Source: Candidatus Nanopelagicales bacterium (GTDB taxonomy: Bacteria; Actinomycetota; Actinomycetes; S36-B12). From it: DNA of 64,000 nt. Location: positions 269,082 through 333,081 of the forward strand of contig JBBARV010000001.1 in the NCBI GenBank assembly GCA_040399625.1, written 5' to 3'. Under the pieces are notes generated by a model that was given only the letters and a program-made list of their open reading frames with translations, was not told the origin of the DNA and did no database searches. The translations under genes were made by a program, and so were the position numbers. Shown here in pieces: positions 19,020-27,921 of the stretch. Positions within the stretch are counted from its first letter, which is position 1; every line of letters begins with the position of its first letter.

Positions 19020-19793
19020 TTAAGTTTTCGTGAGCACTGGGGCACCACGTGGTGTCACGAGGCGCTCGATAGCGATGATGGCTAAATAAAAGATCAATCC
19101 AGTGATAATTGCGGCCAAAACATACGCCCACGCTCGACCGTAAGCCGTGTTGGCCGCAGCACTTGCTATCCGGCTGCCAAGACCTTCCTGTGGACCGCCA
19201 AAATATTCAGCAACCAAGGCGGCAATAACTGACAAAGGAGCCGCAATTTTGAGGCCGGTGAAAAAGAACGGAATAGCATTCGGGATTCGAAGAACCCGAA
19301 GTGTGGTTCGCGGAGCTGCATTCAGTGAGCGCATGAGCTCAAGTTGAACCGGATTCACTTGAATAAGTCCGCGCATAACATTGACGAAAATTGGGAACAA
19401 CACAATGATCGTGGTTACCAGTACACGTGGAGTGCGACTCGTGATGTTGAACATGTTATTCAGGATCGGCGTCAAAGCAATGATCGGCACGGTTGCCAGG
19501 CCCGCAGCGAGCGGGGTGACCAGCTTGTCAACCGTCACGAACCTTTGTGCAATCAAGGCCATGAAAAGGCCGAGCATGGTTCCAAAAAGTAATCCAAGGA
19601 AAGCTGTTGTGCCGGTATACACAGCTGCCCCCCACATGAGGGCAGCACCATTTGAGAACTCGGAGGCGATGAGGCTGGGTGCGGGGAGCAGGAAAGGCTT
19701 AAGTTCTTGAACGACAACGAGTAGTTGCCAAGCACCGAGAAATAGTGCCGCAACCAAAATTGGTGGCCACAGATGACTCAGTTTGGAATTCAT
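19020..19793 (-). CDS. ABC transporter permease (NitT/TauT-type)
   Basis: Six-TM BPD-type permease with the EAA-like loop ...ELMRSLNAAPRTTLRVLRIPNAIPF. Its start overlaps the ATPase stop. Confidence 0.8.
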   Translation of the reverse strand: MNSKLSHLWPPILVAALFLGAWQLLVVVQELKPFLLPAPSLIASEFSNGAALMWGAAVYTGTTAFLGLLFGTMLGLFMALIAQRFVTVDKLVTPLAAGLATVPIIALTPILNNMFNITSRTPRVLVTTIIVLFPIFVNVMRGLIQVNPVQLELMRSLNAAPRTTLRVLRIPNAIPFFFTGLKIAAPLSVIAALVAEYFGGPQEGLGSRIASAAANTAYGRAWAYVLAAIITGLIFYLAIIAIERLVTPRGAPVLTKT

Positions 19794-20629
19794 CAGACTT
19801 CACCCCGATGCGAGGAAGTAAAAGAACCAGAGGTGTCATGGGTCCGCAGTGCTTCACGCACAGCTGTTACGCAATGGAAAAACTGATCCGACTCTCTGGT
19901 AGTTTCACTCCTGGCTCCAAGGTCAACACTGATTTCTGCGGTGATGCGTCCTGGTCGAGGTGACATCACGACTACTCGATCAGAGAGATAAACGGCCTCG
20001 GGAATTGAGTGGGTGACGAAAATAATGGTCTTGCCCGTGTCGACTCGAATACGCAAAAGCTCATTTTGCATGCGCTCGCGGGTCATCTCATCGAGGGCGC
20101 CAAATGGTTCGTCCATGAGTAGTAGCGGTGGGTCAACCGCTAATGATCGTGCGATGGCAACACGTTGTTGCATGCCGCCGGAAAGTTCCCAGGGACGGTG
20201 ATTACCGAAGTCGGAAAGCTGCACCATGTCGAGAAGTTCAGCCGATCTTGCCTGGCGCTTGGACTTGTCCCACCCGGCAAGTTCGAGTGGCAGCTCGATG
20301 TTATTACTCACTGTCCGCCAGTCAAAGAGTGCGGCCTGCTGGAAAGCAATTCCATAAAGACGTTCCTTGCGAGCATCGGCCGGCGACTTCCCTGACACTA
20401 GAACGCTTCCCGAGTCAAACCCCGTGAGGTCTCCAATGACGCGCAGTAGCGTGCTTTTCCCACAACCTGATGGCCCAATAAGTGAAATGAATTCACCAGT
20501 GTGAACATCGAGGTTGACGTCGGAGAGCGCAGTGACTTCGTTTTCATTGCCCTTGTTGAAGACTTTTGACACCTTGGAGATCGCGAGTGCACTCCCCGTG
20601 TTGAGCCCTGCTTCAGGGGTAGTTGTCAT
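19793..20629 (-). CDS. ABC transporter ATP-binding protein
   Basis: Walker A GPSGCGKST, signature LSGGMQQRVAIARS and Walker B LLLMDEPFGALD. Confidence 0.92.
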   Translation of the reverse strand: MTTTPEAGLNTGSALAISKVSKVFNKGNENEVTALSDVNLDVHTGEFISLIGPSGCGKSTLLRVIGDLTGFDSGSVLVSGKSPADARKERLYGIAFQQAALFDWRTVSNNIELPLELAGWDKSKRQARSAELLDMVQLSDFGNHRPWELSGGMQQRVAIARSLAVDPPLLLMDEPFGALDEMTRERMQNELLRIRVDTGKTIIFVTHSIPEAVYLSDRVVVMSPRPGRITAEISVDLGARSETTRESDQFFHCVTAVREALRTHDTSGSFTSSHRGEV

Positions 20630-21495
20630 GCGAGACCTTTCTTAGGAAGATTTCGGGTGAGTAATACATCAACTGCTGTAATTGCTGCGGCGACTACAAG
20701 TCCCAACGTGATTGCGCCGAAAACTGCTACGTACACTTTTGCCGGCTGTGATGAAGTTTCGCGGGCGTACTCGACCATGAGCCGACCGATTCCACCGCGA
20801 ACGCCTGTCGAAATCTCAGCAACGACCGTGCCAACCACGGCCGCTGCGGCAGAAACTTTCAGTGCTGGGACGAGGTAGGGGATACTTGCGGGGAACCGCA
20901 ACTTCCACAGAATTTTGTTGTTGGTCGCCGCGTAGGAGCGCATCAATTCCAGTGAAGTCGGGCTGGGTGCCTGCAAGCCACGAAGGGCACCAATAGAGAG
21001 TGGGAAAAATGCGAGGTAGGCGGCGATAAACATTACCGAATAGGTTGTCGACCACTGAATCGGTCCAAAGCTAATTTGATTGCCAATTCCGACAATCAAG
21101 GGTGCGAGGGCAATCAAAGGAACGGTCTGCGAGGCAATCACAAATGGCAGAAGCCCTCGCTCAAAAAATAAGAAGCGCTGCATGATTATCGCTAGTAGCA
21201 GTCCAACAGAAACGCCAACCACAAAGCCGCCCAGCGCCAGGGACAGCGAATAGGCGGCTGCGGAGAGGACTGCTTGAAAAACTGTGGTGTCCGAACCTCT
21301 GACCTCGGGAAGTGTGAAGGCAGAGAACATAGTCCAGATGTGGGGCATGGCTTGATTTGATGAATTAAATGGCAACTCGATAAGAGTTCCTAAGAGTTTT
21401 GTGAGCTCCCACATGATTGCAATGAGAACAATTCCGGCGAGAGCCCACACAAGGGAAACGGCTCCCCTTGAAATTCGATCACGAGTTGAGGCCAT
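20626..21495 (-). CDS. ABC transporter permease (second subunit)
   Basis: Polytopic permease with the EAA-like loop LELMRSYAATNNKILWKLRFPASIPY. 4-nt overlap with the ATPase start. Confidence 0.8.
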   Translation of the reverse strand: MASTRDRISRGAVSLVWALAGIVLIAIMWELTKLLGTLIELPFNSSNQAMPHIWTMFSAFTLPEVRGSDTTVFQAVLSAAAYSLSLALGGFVVGVSVGLLLAIIMQRFLFFERGLLPFVIASQTVPLIALAPLIVGIGNQISFGPIQWSTTYSVMFIAAYLAFFPLSIGALRGLQAPSPTSLELMRSYAATNNKILWKLRFPASIPYLVPALKVSAAAAVVGTVVAEISTGVRGGIGRLMVEYARETSSQPAKVYVAVFGAITLGLVVAAAITAVDVLLTRNLPKKGLA

Positions 21496-21497
21496 GT

Positions 21498-22526
21498 TTA
21501 CTCTTTGGCTTTGAGCTTCTCTGAGACAGCAGGAATCACTTTTTCACCGTATTCGGCCAACGTGTGATCCTTGTCGTCATGCTGTAGATAAAGAGCAAAT
21601 TGATCAACGCCGAGAGACTTGAGTTCCTCAAGGCGCCGGATCTGCTCCGAGGGGGGCCCAATGATGCAGAAACGATCGATAATTTCGTCGGGGACGAAGT
21701 CAGCATGGGTGTTTCCTGCCTGGCCATGATCGTTGTAGTCATAACCTTTTCGACCCTTGATGTAGTCGGTGAGGGCTTGTGGCACAACTCCTCCACCTTC
21801 GCCACCATCTCCGTATCGCTCAACAATGTCGGCCACGTGATTACCGACCATCCCGCCGAACCAACGGAGTTGATCCCGGGCATGGGCAATGTCCTCGGTG
21901 ACATAAGCCGGAGCGGCTACACAAATTTTTACCGCGTCAGGATCCCGACCGGCCGCCTTGGCTGCATCTTTTACGGCTTTAATCGTCCACTCAGCGATTG
22001 CGGGGTCAGCAAGTTGAAGGATGAACCCGTCACCCACTTCACCCGTTAAAGCAAGTACCTTGGGACCGTAGGCGGCAACCCACACCGGCGTGCGGCTTTC
22101 TGCGGCCCAGGGGAGACGAATGTCATTGTCGTTGTAGGTGACTGACTCCCCATTCACTAGAGCTTTGAGATTAACAACGGCTTCCCGAAGGCCAGCAACC
22201 GTTACGGGTTTGCCGTTCGTTACTCGAACAGCTGAGTCACCTCGGCCAATTCCGATCACGGTTCGGTTTCCGTACATTTCATTCAAGGTAGCAAAAACTG
22301 AAGCTGTCACAGTGATGTCCCGAGTAGCCGGATTCGTCACCATTGGTCCAATAGTTATATTGCGTGTTTCATTGAGAATCTTGCTGTAGATGACATATGG
22401 CTCCTCCCACAAAATATGTGAGTCGAAAGTCCAGACATACTTGAAACCGTAAGTTTCCGCTTTGCATGCAAGATCAACAACCCGTGCAGCCGGGGGAGTG
22501 CACTGCATAACCACACCAAAATCCAT
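21498..22526 (-). CDS. LLM-class (luciferase-like) oxidoreductase, Mer-like; probably F420- or flavin-dependent reductase
   Basis: 342 aa from ATG 22526. Blocks parallel to methylene-H4MPT reductase by eye: GFKYVWTFDSH, ITIGPMVTNPATRD, VIGIGRGDSAVR, AAYGPKVLALTGEVGDGFILQLADP, DRFCIIGPPSEQIRRLEELKSLGVDQF. The tracked ORF start at 22619 adds a non-homologous extension. Confidence 0.72.
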   Translation of the reverse strand: MDFGVVMQCTPPAARVVDLACKAETYGFKYVWTFDSHILWEEPYVIYSKILNETRNITIGPMVTNPATRDITVTASVFATLNEMYGNRTVIGIGRGDSAVRVTNGKPVTVAGLREAVVNLKALVNGESVTYNDNDIRLPWAAESRTPVWVAAYGPKVLALTGEVGDGFILQLADPAIAEWTIKAVKDAAKAAGRDPDAVKICVAAPAYVTEDIAHARDQLRWFGGMVGNHVADIVERYGDGGEGGGVVPQALTDYIKGRKGYDYNDHGQAGNTHADFVPDEIIDRFCIIGPPSEQIRRLEELKSLGVDQFALYLQHDDKDHTLAEYGEKVIPAVSEKLKAKE

Positions 22527-22564
22527 GACTTTAACCTTTCCGTAGTGAATAGTTTTCGAGAGGA

Positions 22565-24052
22565 TTACCGAGTCTGGGGGAATCCCAGATCGACAGAACT
22601 GGTGGCAGGATCTGGCCAACGTGAAGTGACGGTCTTTGTGTGCGTGTAAAACTCAATTCCGGCAGGACCATAAATATTGGCATCACCGAAGATCGAGGAT
22701 TTCCAGCCACCAAAACTGTAGTAGCCAACTGGCACAGGGATGGGCACGTTTATGCCCACCATGCCAACTTGAATATCGAATTGGAATTGGCGTGCCGCTC
22801 CACCATCGCGGGTGAAAATAGCAGTGCCATTTCCGTACTGGTGGTCGTTAATCAGCGTGACGGCTTCTTCATAGGTTTCGACACGAATGACGGAGAGGAC
22901 GGGACCGAATATCTCCTCGTCGTACACCTTCATTCCTGGTCGGACGTGATCAATCAATGACGGATTGAGGAAGTAGCCCTTCTCAGGGAGTGATCCTTCA
23001 CGACCATCAATAATCACGGTCGCTCCCTCAGCTGCAGCGCCCGCGATGTAGGAAGCAACCTTGTCACGATGCTGCTCGGTGATAAGTGGGCCCATCTCAT
23101 TGGCAGGATCAGTTCCCGGCCCCACCTTCAACGCTGGGATGCGCGAGGAAATCGCTTCAATCAGCGGGTCAGCTACATCTCCTACGGCAACAACAACAGT
23201 TATGGCCATGCAGCGTTCACCAGCGGAGCCGAAACCGGCACTCACGCAGGCATCGGCGGCCATGCTGATGTCGGCATCTGGCAGCACAACCATGTGGTTC
23301 TTTGCTCCGCCAAGGGCTTGAACGCGCTTTCCGTTGGCCGTCCCCGTTGTATAAATGTATTTGGCGATTGGCGTCGAGCCGACAAAACTCACAGCAGCGA
23401 TATCAGGATGGTTAAGAATTGCGTCTACTGAAACTTTGTCCCCGTGAACCACATTGAATACGCCATCGGGCAATCCTGCTTCTTTGAGCAATTTCGCCAT
23501 GAAAACGGTCACCGAGGGATCTTTTTCGCTCGGCTTGAGGATAAACGTGTTTCCGGTCGCTATTGCATTGGTGAACATCCATAGCGGAACCATGGCGGGG
23601 AAATTGAAGGGGGTAATACCCGCGACAACGCCAAGCGGCTGCTTAATGGAGTAAACGTCGATACCGCCAGAAACTTGCTCGCTGAAACCACCCTTCATGT
23701 GCGTGGGGATCCCGCAAGAAAACTCGATGTTTTCGATTCCACGGGCTAGCTCGCCGGCAGCGTCGCTAGGCACCTTGCCATGTTCGATAGAGACAAGTCG
23801 AGCAATTTCATCGCGATTGGCAACCACTAACTCGCGGAAGCGAAACAAAATTTCCGACTTGCGAGAAAGGGATGCTAAGCGCCAGGCGGGAAAAGCTGCC
23901 TTTGCTGTTGCAATTGCAGCATCCATTTCAGCCGTGTTGGCCAAACCCACCTGCGCTTGCTGTTCCCCCGTTGATGGATCAAATACTGGTCCGAAATTAC
24001 CTGCGACCGGGACGACTTCCTGGCCGTTAATCCAATGGGGAATAGTGCGCAT
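22565..24052 (-). CDS. mmsA: CoA-acylating methylmalonate/malonate-semialdehyde dehydrogenase
   Basis: ALDH fold with MmsA-type N-terminus MRTIPHWINGQEV and catalytic region FGSAGERCMA. It lacks the usual ELGGK glutamate context (ALGGAKNH), as in MmsA enzymes. Confidence 0.85.
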   Translation of the reverse strand: MRTIPHWINGQEVVPVAGNFGPVFDPSTGEQQAQVGLANTAEMDAAIATAKAAFPAWRLASLSRKSEILFRFRELVVANRDEIARLVSIEHGKVPSDAAGELARGIENIEFSCGIPTHMKGGFSEQVSGGIDVYSIKQPLGVVAGITPFNFPAMVPLWMFTNAIATGNTFILKPSEKDPSVTVFMAKLLKEAGLPDGVFNVVHGDKVSVDAILNHPDIAAVSFVGSTPIAKYIYTTGTANGKRVQALGGAKNHMVVLPDADISMAADACVSAGFGSAGERCMAITVVVAVGDVADPLIEAISSRIPALKVGPGTDPANEMGPLITEQHRDKVASYIAGAAAEGATVIIDGREGSLPEKGYFLNPSLIDHVRPGMKVYDEEIFGPVLSVIRVETYEEAVTLINDHQYGNGTAIFTRDGGAARQFQFDIQVGMVGINVPIPVPVGYYSFGGWKSSIFGDANIYGPAGIEFYTHTKTVTSRWPDPATSSVDLGFPQTR

Positions 24053-24099
24053 GTGTTACTCCTTGATTCTTTGTGGGATGTGTGGAACAACTGAAGGGG

Positions 24100-25518
24100 C
24101 TAAATCAGATATTGACTGAGCCCCCGCTTGAGGAACTTACCGTGTCCCTTGTGACCGAGGTAGGTGTTGTTGTCCACAACGACCATGCCTCGTGAGATGA
24201 CGGTGTCAACGTGACCATCAATATTGAATCCCTCCCAAGCAGAGTGATCCATATTCATATGGTGTGTTTTATGGAATCCGATTTCGGTCCGACCTGCGGG
24301 ATTGTAAATAACGATGTCGGCGTCTGAACCGGGGGCAATCACACCTTTTTGGGGATAAAGGCCAAACATGCGCGCTGGAGTAGTGGAGCAGATCTCGACC
24401 CAACGAGCGAGTGAAATGTGACCGTTAACCACACCCTGATAAAGCAGGTCTAGGCGGTGCTCAACTGAACCAATTCCATTTGGGATCGCGGCGAAGTTGC
24501 CGAGCCCGAGTTCTTTTTGCTCTTTGAAACAGAATGGGCAATGGTCGGTGCTCACAATTGAGAGGTCATTTGTGCGCAGGTACTTCCACAGTTCTTCTTG
24601 GTGACCCTCTTCCTTTGAGCGAAGAGGAGTCGAGCACACCCATTTTGCCCCTTCGAATCCGGGCTGGGAAAGCTGTTCTTCAAGCGAGAGATATAGGTAT
24701 TGCGGGCAGGTCTCACCGAAAACATTAAGTCCGTCATTTTTTGCCGCTTGAAGAACTTGTACGGCCTGTTTAGCCGACATGTGAACTATATAAAGCGGCG
24801 CCCCCGTGATTCGGGAGAGCATGATCGCCCGATTTGTCGCCTCAGCCTCGGTTTCCCACGGCCGGGTGAGTGAGTGGTATTTCGGGTCGGTCTTGCCCTC
24901 GGCCAAAGCCTGGGCAACCAAAACATCAATTGCTATGCCGTTTTCTGCATGCATCATGATCATGCTGCCGTTGTTCGAAGCGGCCTGCATTGCCCGCAAA
25001 ATTTGGCCGTCATCACTGTAATAGACGCCTGGATAGGCCATAAATAATTTGAAACTCGTTATGCCTTCATTAACCAACTCATCCATTGCCTTGAGGGAAT
25101 CGTCATCTACTCCGCCTAGGATCTGGTGGAAGGCGTAATCGATATGGGTATTTCCGTTGGCCTTGGCATGCCATGCGGCCAGGCAGTCCTGCACCCTTTC
25201 CCCAGTTTTTTGAACCGCAAAGTCGATGATCGTGGTGGTTCCACCCCATGCAGCGGCGAGTGTTCCCGTGTCGAAGGTGTCCGAGGCGAAAGTTCCACCA
25301 AATGGCAACTCCATGTGGGTATGTGCGTCAACCCCACCCGGAATAACGTACTTTCCGGCGGCATCAATCACGGTGTCAGCGCTGGAAGCCAGCTCATTAC
25401 CCAATGAAGTATCGCCGGGAGTGAGAACGGCAACGATTTTTTCTCCATCAACCAAGACGTCCGCCGCAATGGCGCCCTGCGGTGACACAACTTGGCCATT
25501 TTTAATCAATATTGTCAT
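24100..25518 (-). CDS. hydA: Dihydropyrimidinase / D-hydantoinase
   Basis: Cyclic amidohydrolase motifs: GGVDAHTHMELPFGGT, GGTTTIIDF, SFKLFMAY (carbamylated Lys context), MMHAENG, STDHCPF. Confidence 0.87.
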   Translation of the reverse strand: MTILIKNGQVVSPQGAIAADVLVDGEKIVAVLTPGDTSLGNELASSADTVIDAAGKYVIPGGVDAHTHMELPFGGTFASDTFDTGTLAAAWGGTTTIIDFAVQKTGERVQDCLAAWHAKANGNTHIDYAFHQILGGVDDDSLKAMDELVNEGITSFKLFMAYPGVYYSDDGQILRAMQAASNNGSMIMMHAENGIAIDVLVAQALAEGKTDPKYHSLTRPWETEAEATNRAIMLSRITGAPLYIVHMSAKQAVQVLQAAKNDGLNVFGETCPQYLYLSLEEQLSQPGFEGAKWVCSTPLRSKEEGHQEELWKYLRTNDLSIVSTDHCPFCFKEQKELGLGNFAAIPNGIGSVEHRLDLLYQGVVNGHISLARWVEICSTTPARMFGLYPQKGVIAPGSDADIVIYNPAGRTEIGFHKTHHMNMDHSAWEGFNIDGHVDTVISRGMVVVDNNTYLGHKGHGKFLKRGLSQYLI

Positions 25519-25545
25519 GACGAGTCCTTTAATCAGAATCAGTGA

Positions 25546-26382
25546 TTATGGGCGGGTGAGATCCTGGTAGGCATCAGGGCGGCGGTCCCGGTAGAACTGC
25601 CAACGGGTGCGAACCGTGGTGACCAACTCCAAATCAAGGTCGCGAATGACGAGTTCAGATTTGAAGGGATCGCCCTTGGCCCCCACGTAGCTGCCCTCTG
25701 GGTCAACAAAATACGACTGTCCGTAAAAGTCGTCATCGCCGAGATCTTCGATGCCCACGCGGTTAATTGCTCCCACGTAGTACTCGTTGGCAACAGCTGC
25801 TGCTGGTTGCTCGATACTCCAGAGGTACTCGGACAGACCACGCGAAGTGGCTGAAGGGTTGAAAACAATTTGGGCGCCGTTAAGGCCCAATGCGCGCCAG
25901 CCCTCGGGAAAGTGGCGGTCATAACAAATGTAGACACCAATTTTTCCTACGGCGGTGTCAAAAACGGGGTATCCGCCATTTCCGGGGCGGAAGTAGAACT
26001 TCTCCCAAAAACCCTTCACATGCGGGATGTGCTGTTTGCGGTACTTGCCCAAGTAACTTCCGTCGGCATCAATGACAGCTGCTGTGTTGTATAGGAATCC
26101 CGGGCCCGCGTCCTCATACATTGGCAGGACCATGACCATCTCGAGTTCCCGGGCCAGTGCCTGGAAACGTTCCGTGATGGGACCGGGAATGGCTTCAGCG
26201 TAAGCGTAAAATTCAGCGTCTTGTACCTGGCAAAAGTAGGGGCCGTAGAAAAGTTCTTGGAAACAGATGACTTTGACACCGGCCGCGGCCGCTTCTCGGG
26301 CGTATTGCTCGTGCTTGACGATCATGGATTCTTTGTCGCCGGTCCATTCAGTTTGAACTAAGGCAGCCCGCACAACGCTCAT
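25546..26382 (-). CDS. Nitrilase-superfamily amidohydrolase, beta-ureidopropionase / N-carbamoyl-amide hydrolase-like
   Basis: E-K-C triad contexts CFQELF, YRKQHIP and GVYICYDRHFPE. First gene of the operon, 27 nt upstream of the dihydropyrimidinase gene. Confidence 0.75.
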   Translation of the reverse strand: MSVVRAALVQTEWTGDKESMIVKHEQYAREAAAAGVKVICFQELFYGPYFCQVQDAEFYAYAEAIPGPITERFQALARELEMVMVLPMYEDAGPGFLYNTAAVIDADGSYLGKYRKQHIPHVKGFWEKFYFRPGNGGYPVFDTAVGKIGVYICYDRHFPEGWRALGLNGAQIVFNPSATSRGLSEYLWSIEQPAAAVANEYYVGAINRVGIEDLGDDDFYGQSYFVDPEGSYVGAKGDPFKSELVIRDLDLELVTTVRTRWQFYRDRRPDAYQDLTRP

Positions 26383-26646
26383 TTATATGACTCCATCTTG
26401 ATTGTTTTGATAATTGTTATTTTTGGGACAAATTTCCAAACGCAGTCTATGGCTATGCATTTTTACCCGCAAATTATTTCCATCTCGTTACAAAAATGTG
26501 ATCCGGGAGTCTCACAATAAATTTTGACAGAACCAATCTACATCGAAATTGCATGAAGGCAGGGTTACCCCGTGCGAGACTGGCTAGACTTTGGGCCAAG
26601 AGTACAAAACAGAAATGGATTGTTGTAGCAGCGCGGGAGGAATTCA

Positions 26647-27852
26647 ATGAAGTCACACCGTCCAGAAGCAATTGCAGCCATAGCCCAAGGCATGCGATCC
26701 TCGGTCTCACGCCGCCGATTACTGCAAGCGGCCGGGATTGGTGGAGCGGCAATGCTGGCCACCGCCTGCGGCACGAGTTCGGGTGGTTCCACGGAGGCTT
26801 CGTCAGCCGAGGACTTATCTGACACGGATATGCGACTCAATTGGTCCAACTGGCCTTCGTATCTTGATACTGACGAAGCCAATGGTACACATCCAACTCT
26901 TGAAAATTTTATGTCTTCAACGGGAATCGACGTCACCTACACCGAAGATGTAAATGACAATAATGAGTTTTTTGCCAAAGTACGCACCCAACTTGAACAG
27001 GGTCGAGATATCGGTCGAGACATTGTGGTACTCACCGACTGGATGGCGGCGCAGTGGATTCAAAGTGGATTCGCTCAGAAACTGGACAAGGCAAGCATCC
27101 CTAATTCGGTGAATCTGATCCCTCGGCTTTCAGCTGTTGAATTCGATATCGACCGTAGTTATTCCCTGCCGTGGCAGTCGGGTTTTGCTGGTTTGGGGTA
27201 TAACATCCCGAGTCTGAAGTCGGCAACCGGCAAGGAGTCCATTGTCTCCCTTGATCAACTCTTCGACCCTGCATTGAAGGGACGAATCACAGTTCTTTCC
27301 GAAATGCGGGACACCATGGGCTGCATCCTGGCTTGGTTGGGCTATAACCCCTCTGACTTCACGGACGCCGAATTCGAAGAGGCGATTGCGGCATTGACCA
27401 AACAGGTTGATAGCGGCCAGATCCGTCAGGTGACGGGCAATGACTACATCGCCGCCATGGATAGCGGTGATGTCATCGCTGTTATCGGTTGGTCCGGCGA
27501 CGTAATCGCCCTCGGTGAAAACTTCGGCTTTAGTTTGCCCGAAAGCGGTGGCACGCTGTGGACTGACAATATGTTGATTCCATCATTGGCCCAACATAAG
27601 AAGAACGCTGAGATAGCCATGAACTACTACTACGAACCGGAGGTGGCAGCCCAGGTTGCCGCTTGGGTTAACTACCTGTGTCCGGTGGAGGGGGCGCAGG
27701 CTGCCATGGAAAAGATTGACCCTGCGCTGGCGACGAGTGTGTGGATTTTCCCATCAACAGAGGTCCTTGACTCCGCTTATGTCTTCATGGAACTCACTTC
27801 TGAGCAAAATGAGGCATATGAACGGTTATTCCAAAAGGCAACCGGAAACTAG
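26647..27852 (+). CDS. Polyamine (spermidine/putrescine-type) ABC transporter substrate-binding lipoprotein
   Basis: Twin-arginine-like signal SRRRLLQAAGIGGAAMLATAC with lipobox, then the PotD/PotF-like core LNWSNWPSYLD...GWSGD. GGGAGGA lies 6 nt upstream of the ATG. Confidence 0.8.
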   Translation: MKSHRPEAIAAIAQGMRSSVSRRRLLQAAGIGGAAMLATACGTSSGGSTEASSAEDLSDTDMRLNWSNWPSYLDTDEANGTHPTLENFMSSTGIDVTYTEDVNDNNEFFAKVRTQLEQGRDIGRDIVVLTDWMAAQWIQSGFAQKLDKASIPNSVNLIPRLSAVEFDIDRSYSLPWQSGFAGLGYNIPSLKSATGKESIVSLDQLFDPALKGRITVLSEMRDTMGCILAWLGYNPSDFTDAEFEEAIAALTKQVDSGQIRQVTGNDYIAAMDSGDVIAVIGWSGDVIALGENFGFSLPESGGTLWTDNMLIPSLAQHKKNAEIAMNYYYEPEVAAQVAAWVNYLCPVEGAQAAMEKIDPALATSVWIFPSTEVLDSAYVFMELTSEQNEAYERLFQKATGN

Positions 27853-27921
27853 TTTTTTTCGAGGCTATTAAAACAATAATTTGCCATGTTTTGTTAATTG
27901 TTCACTGTAAAGGGGTGGCGA

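Noticed and set aside
24100-26382. Interpreting hydantoinase plus carbamoylase as a D-amino-acid-producing hydantoin-utilisation (hyu) cluster
   Set aside because: This is not fully excluded. However, the co-transcribed CoA-acylating (methyl)malonate-semialdehyde dehydrogenase fits beta-alanine/beta-aminoisobutyrate formation from pyrimidines better, and there is no hydantoin racemase gene. It is kept only as an alternative inside finding 1.
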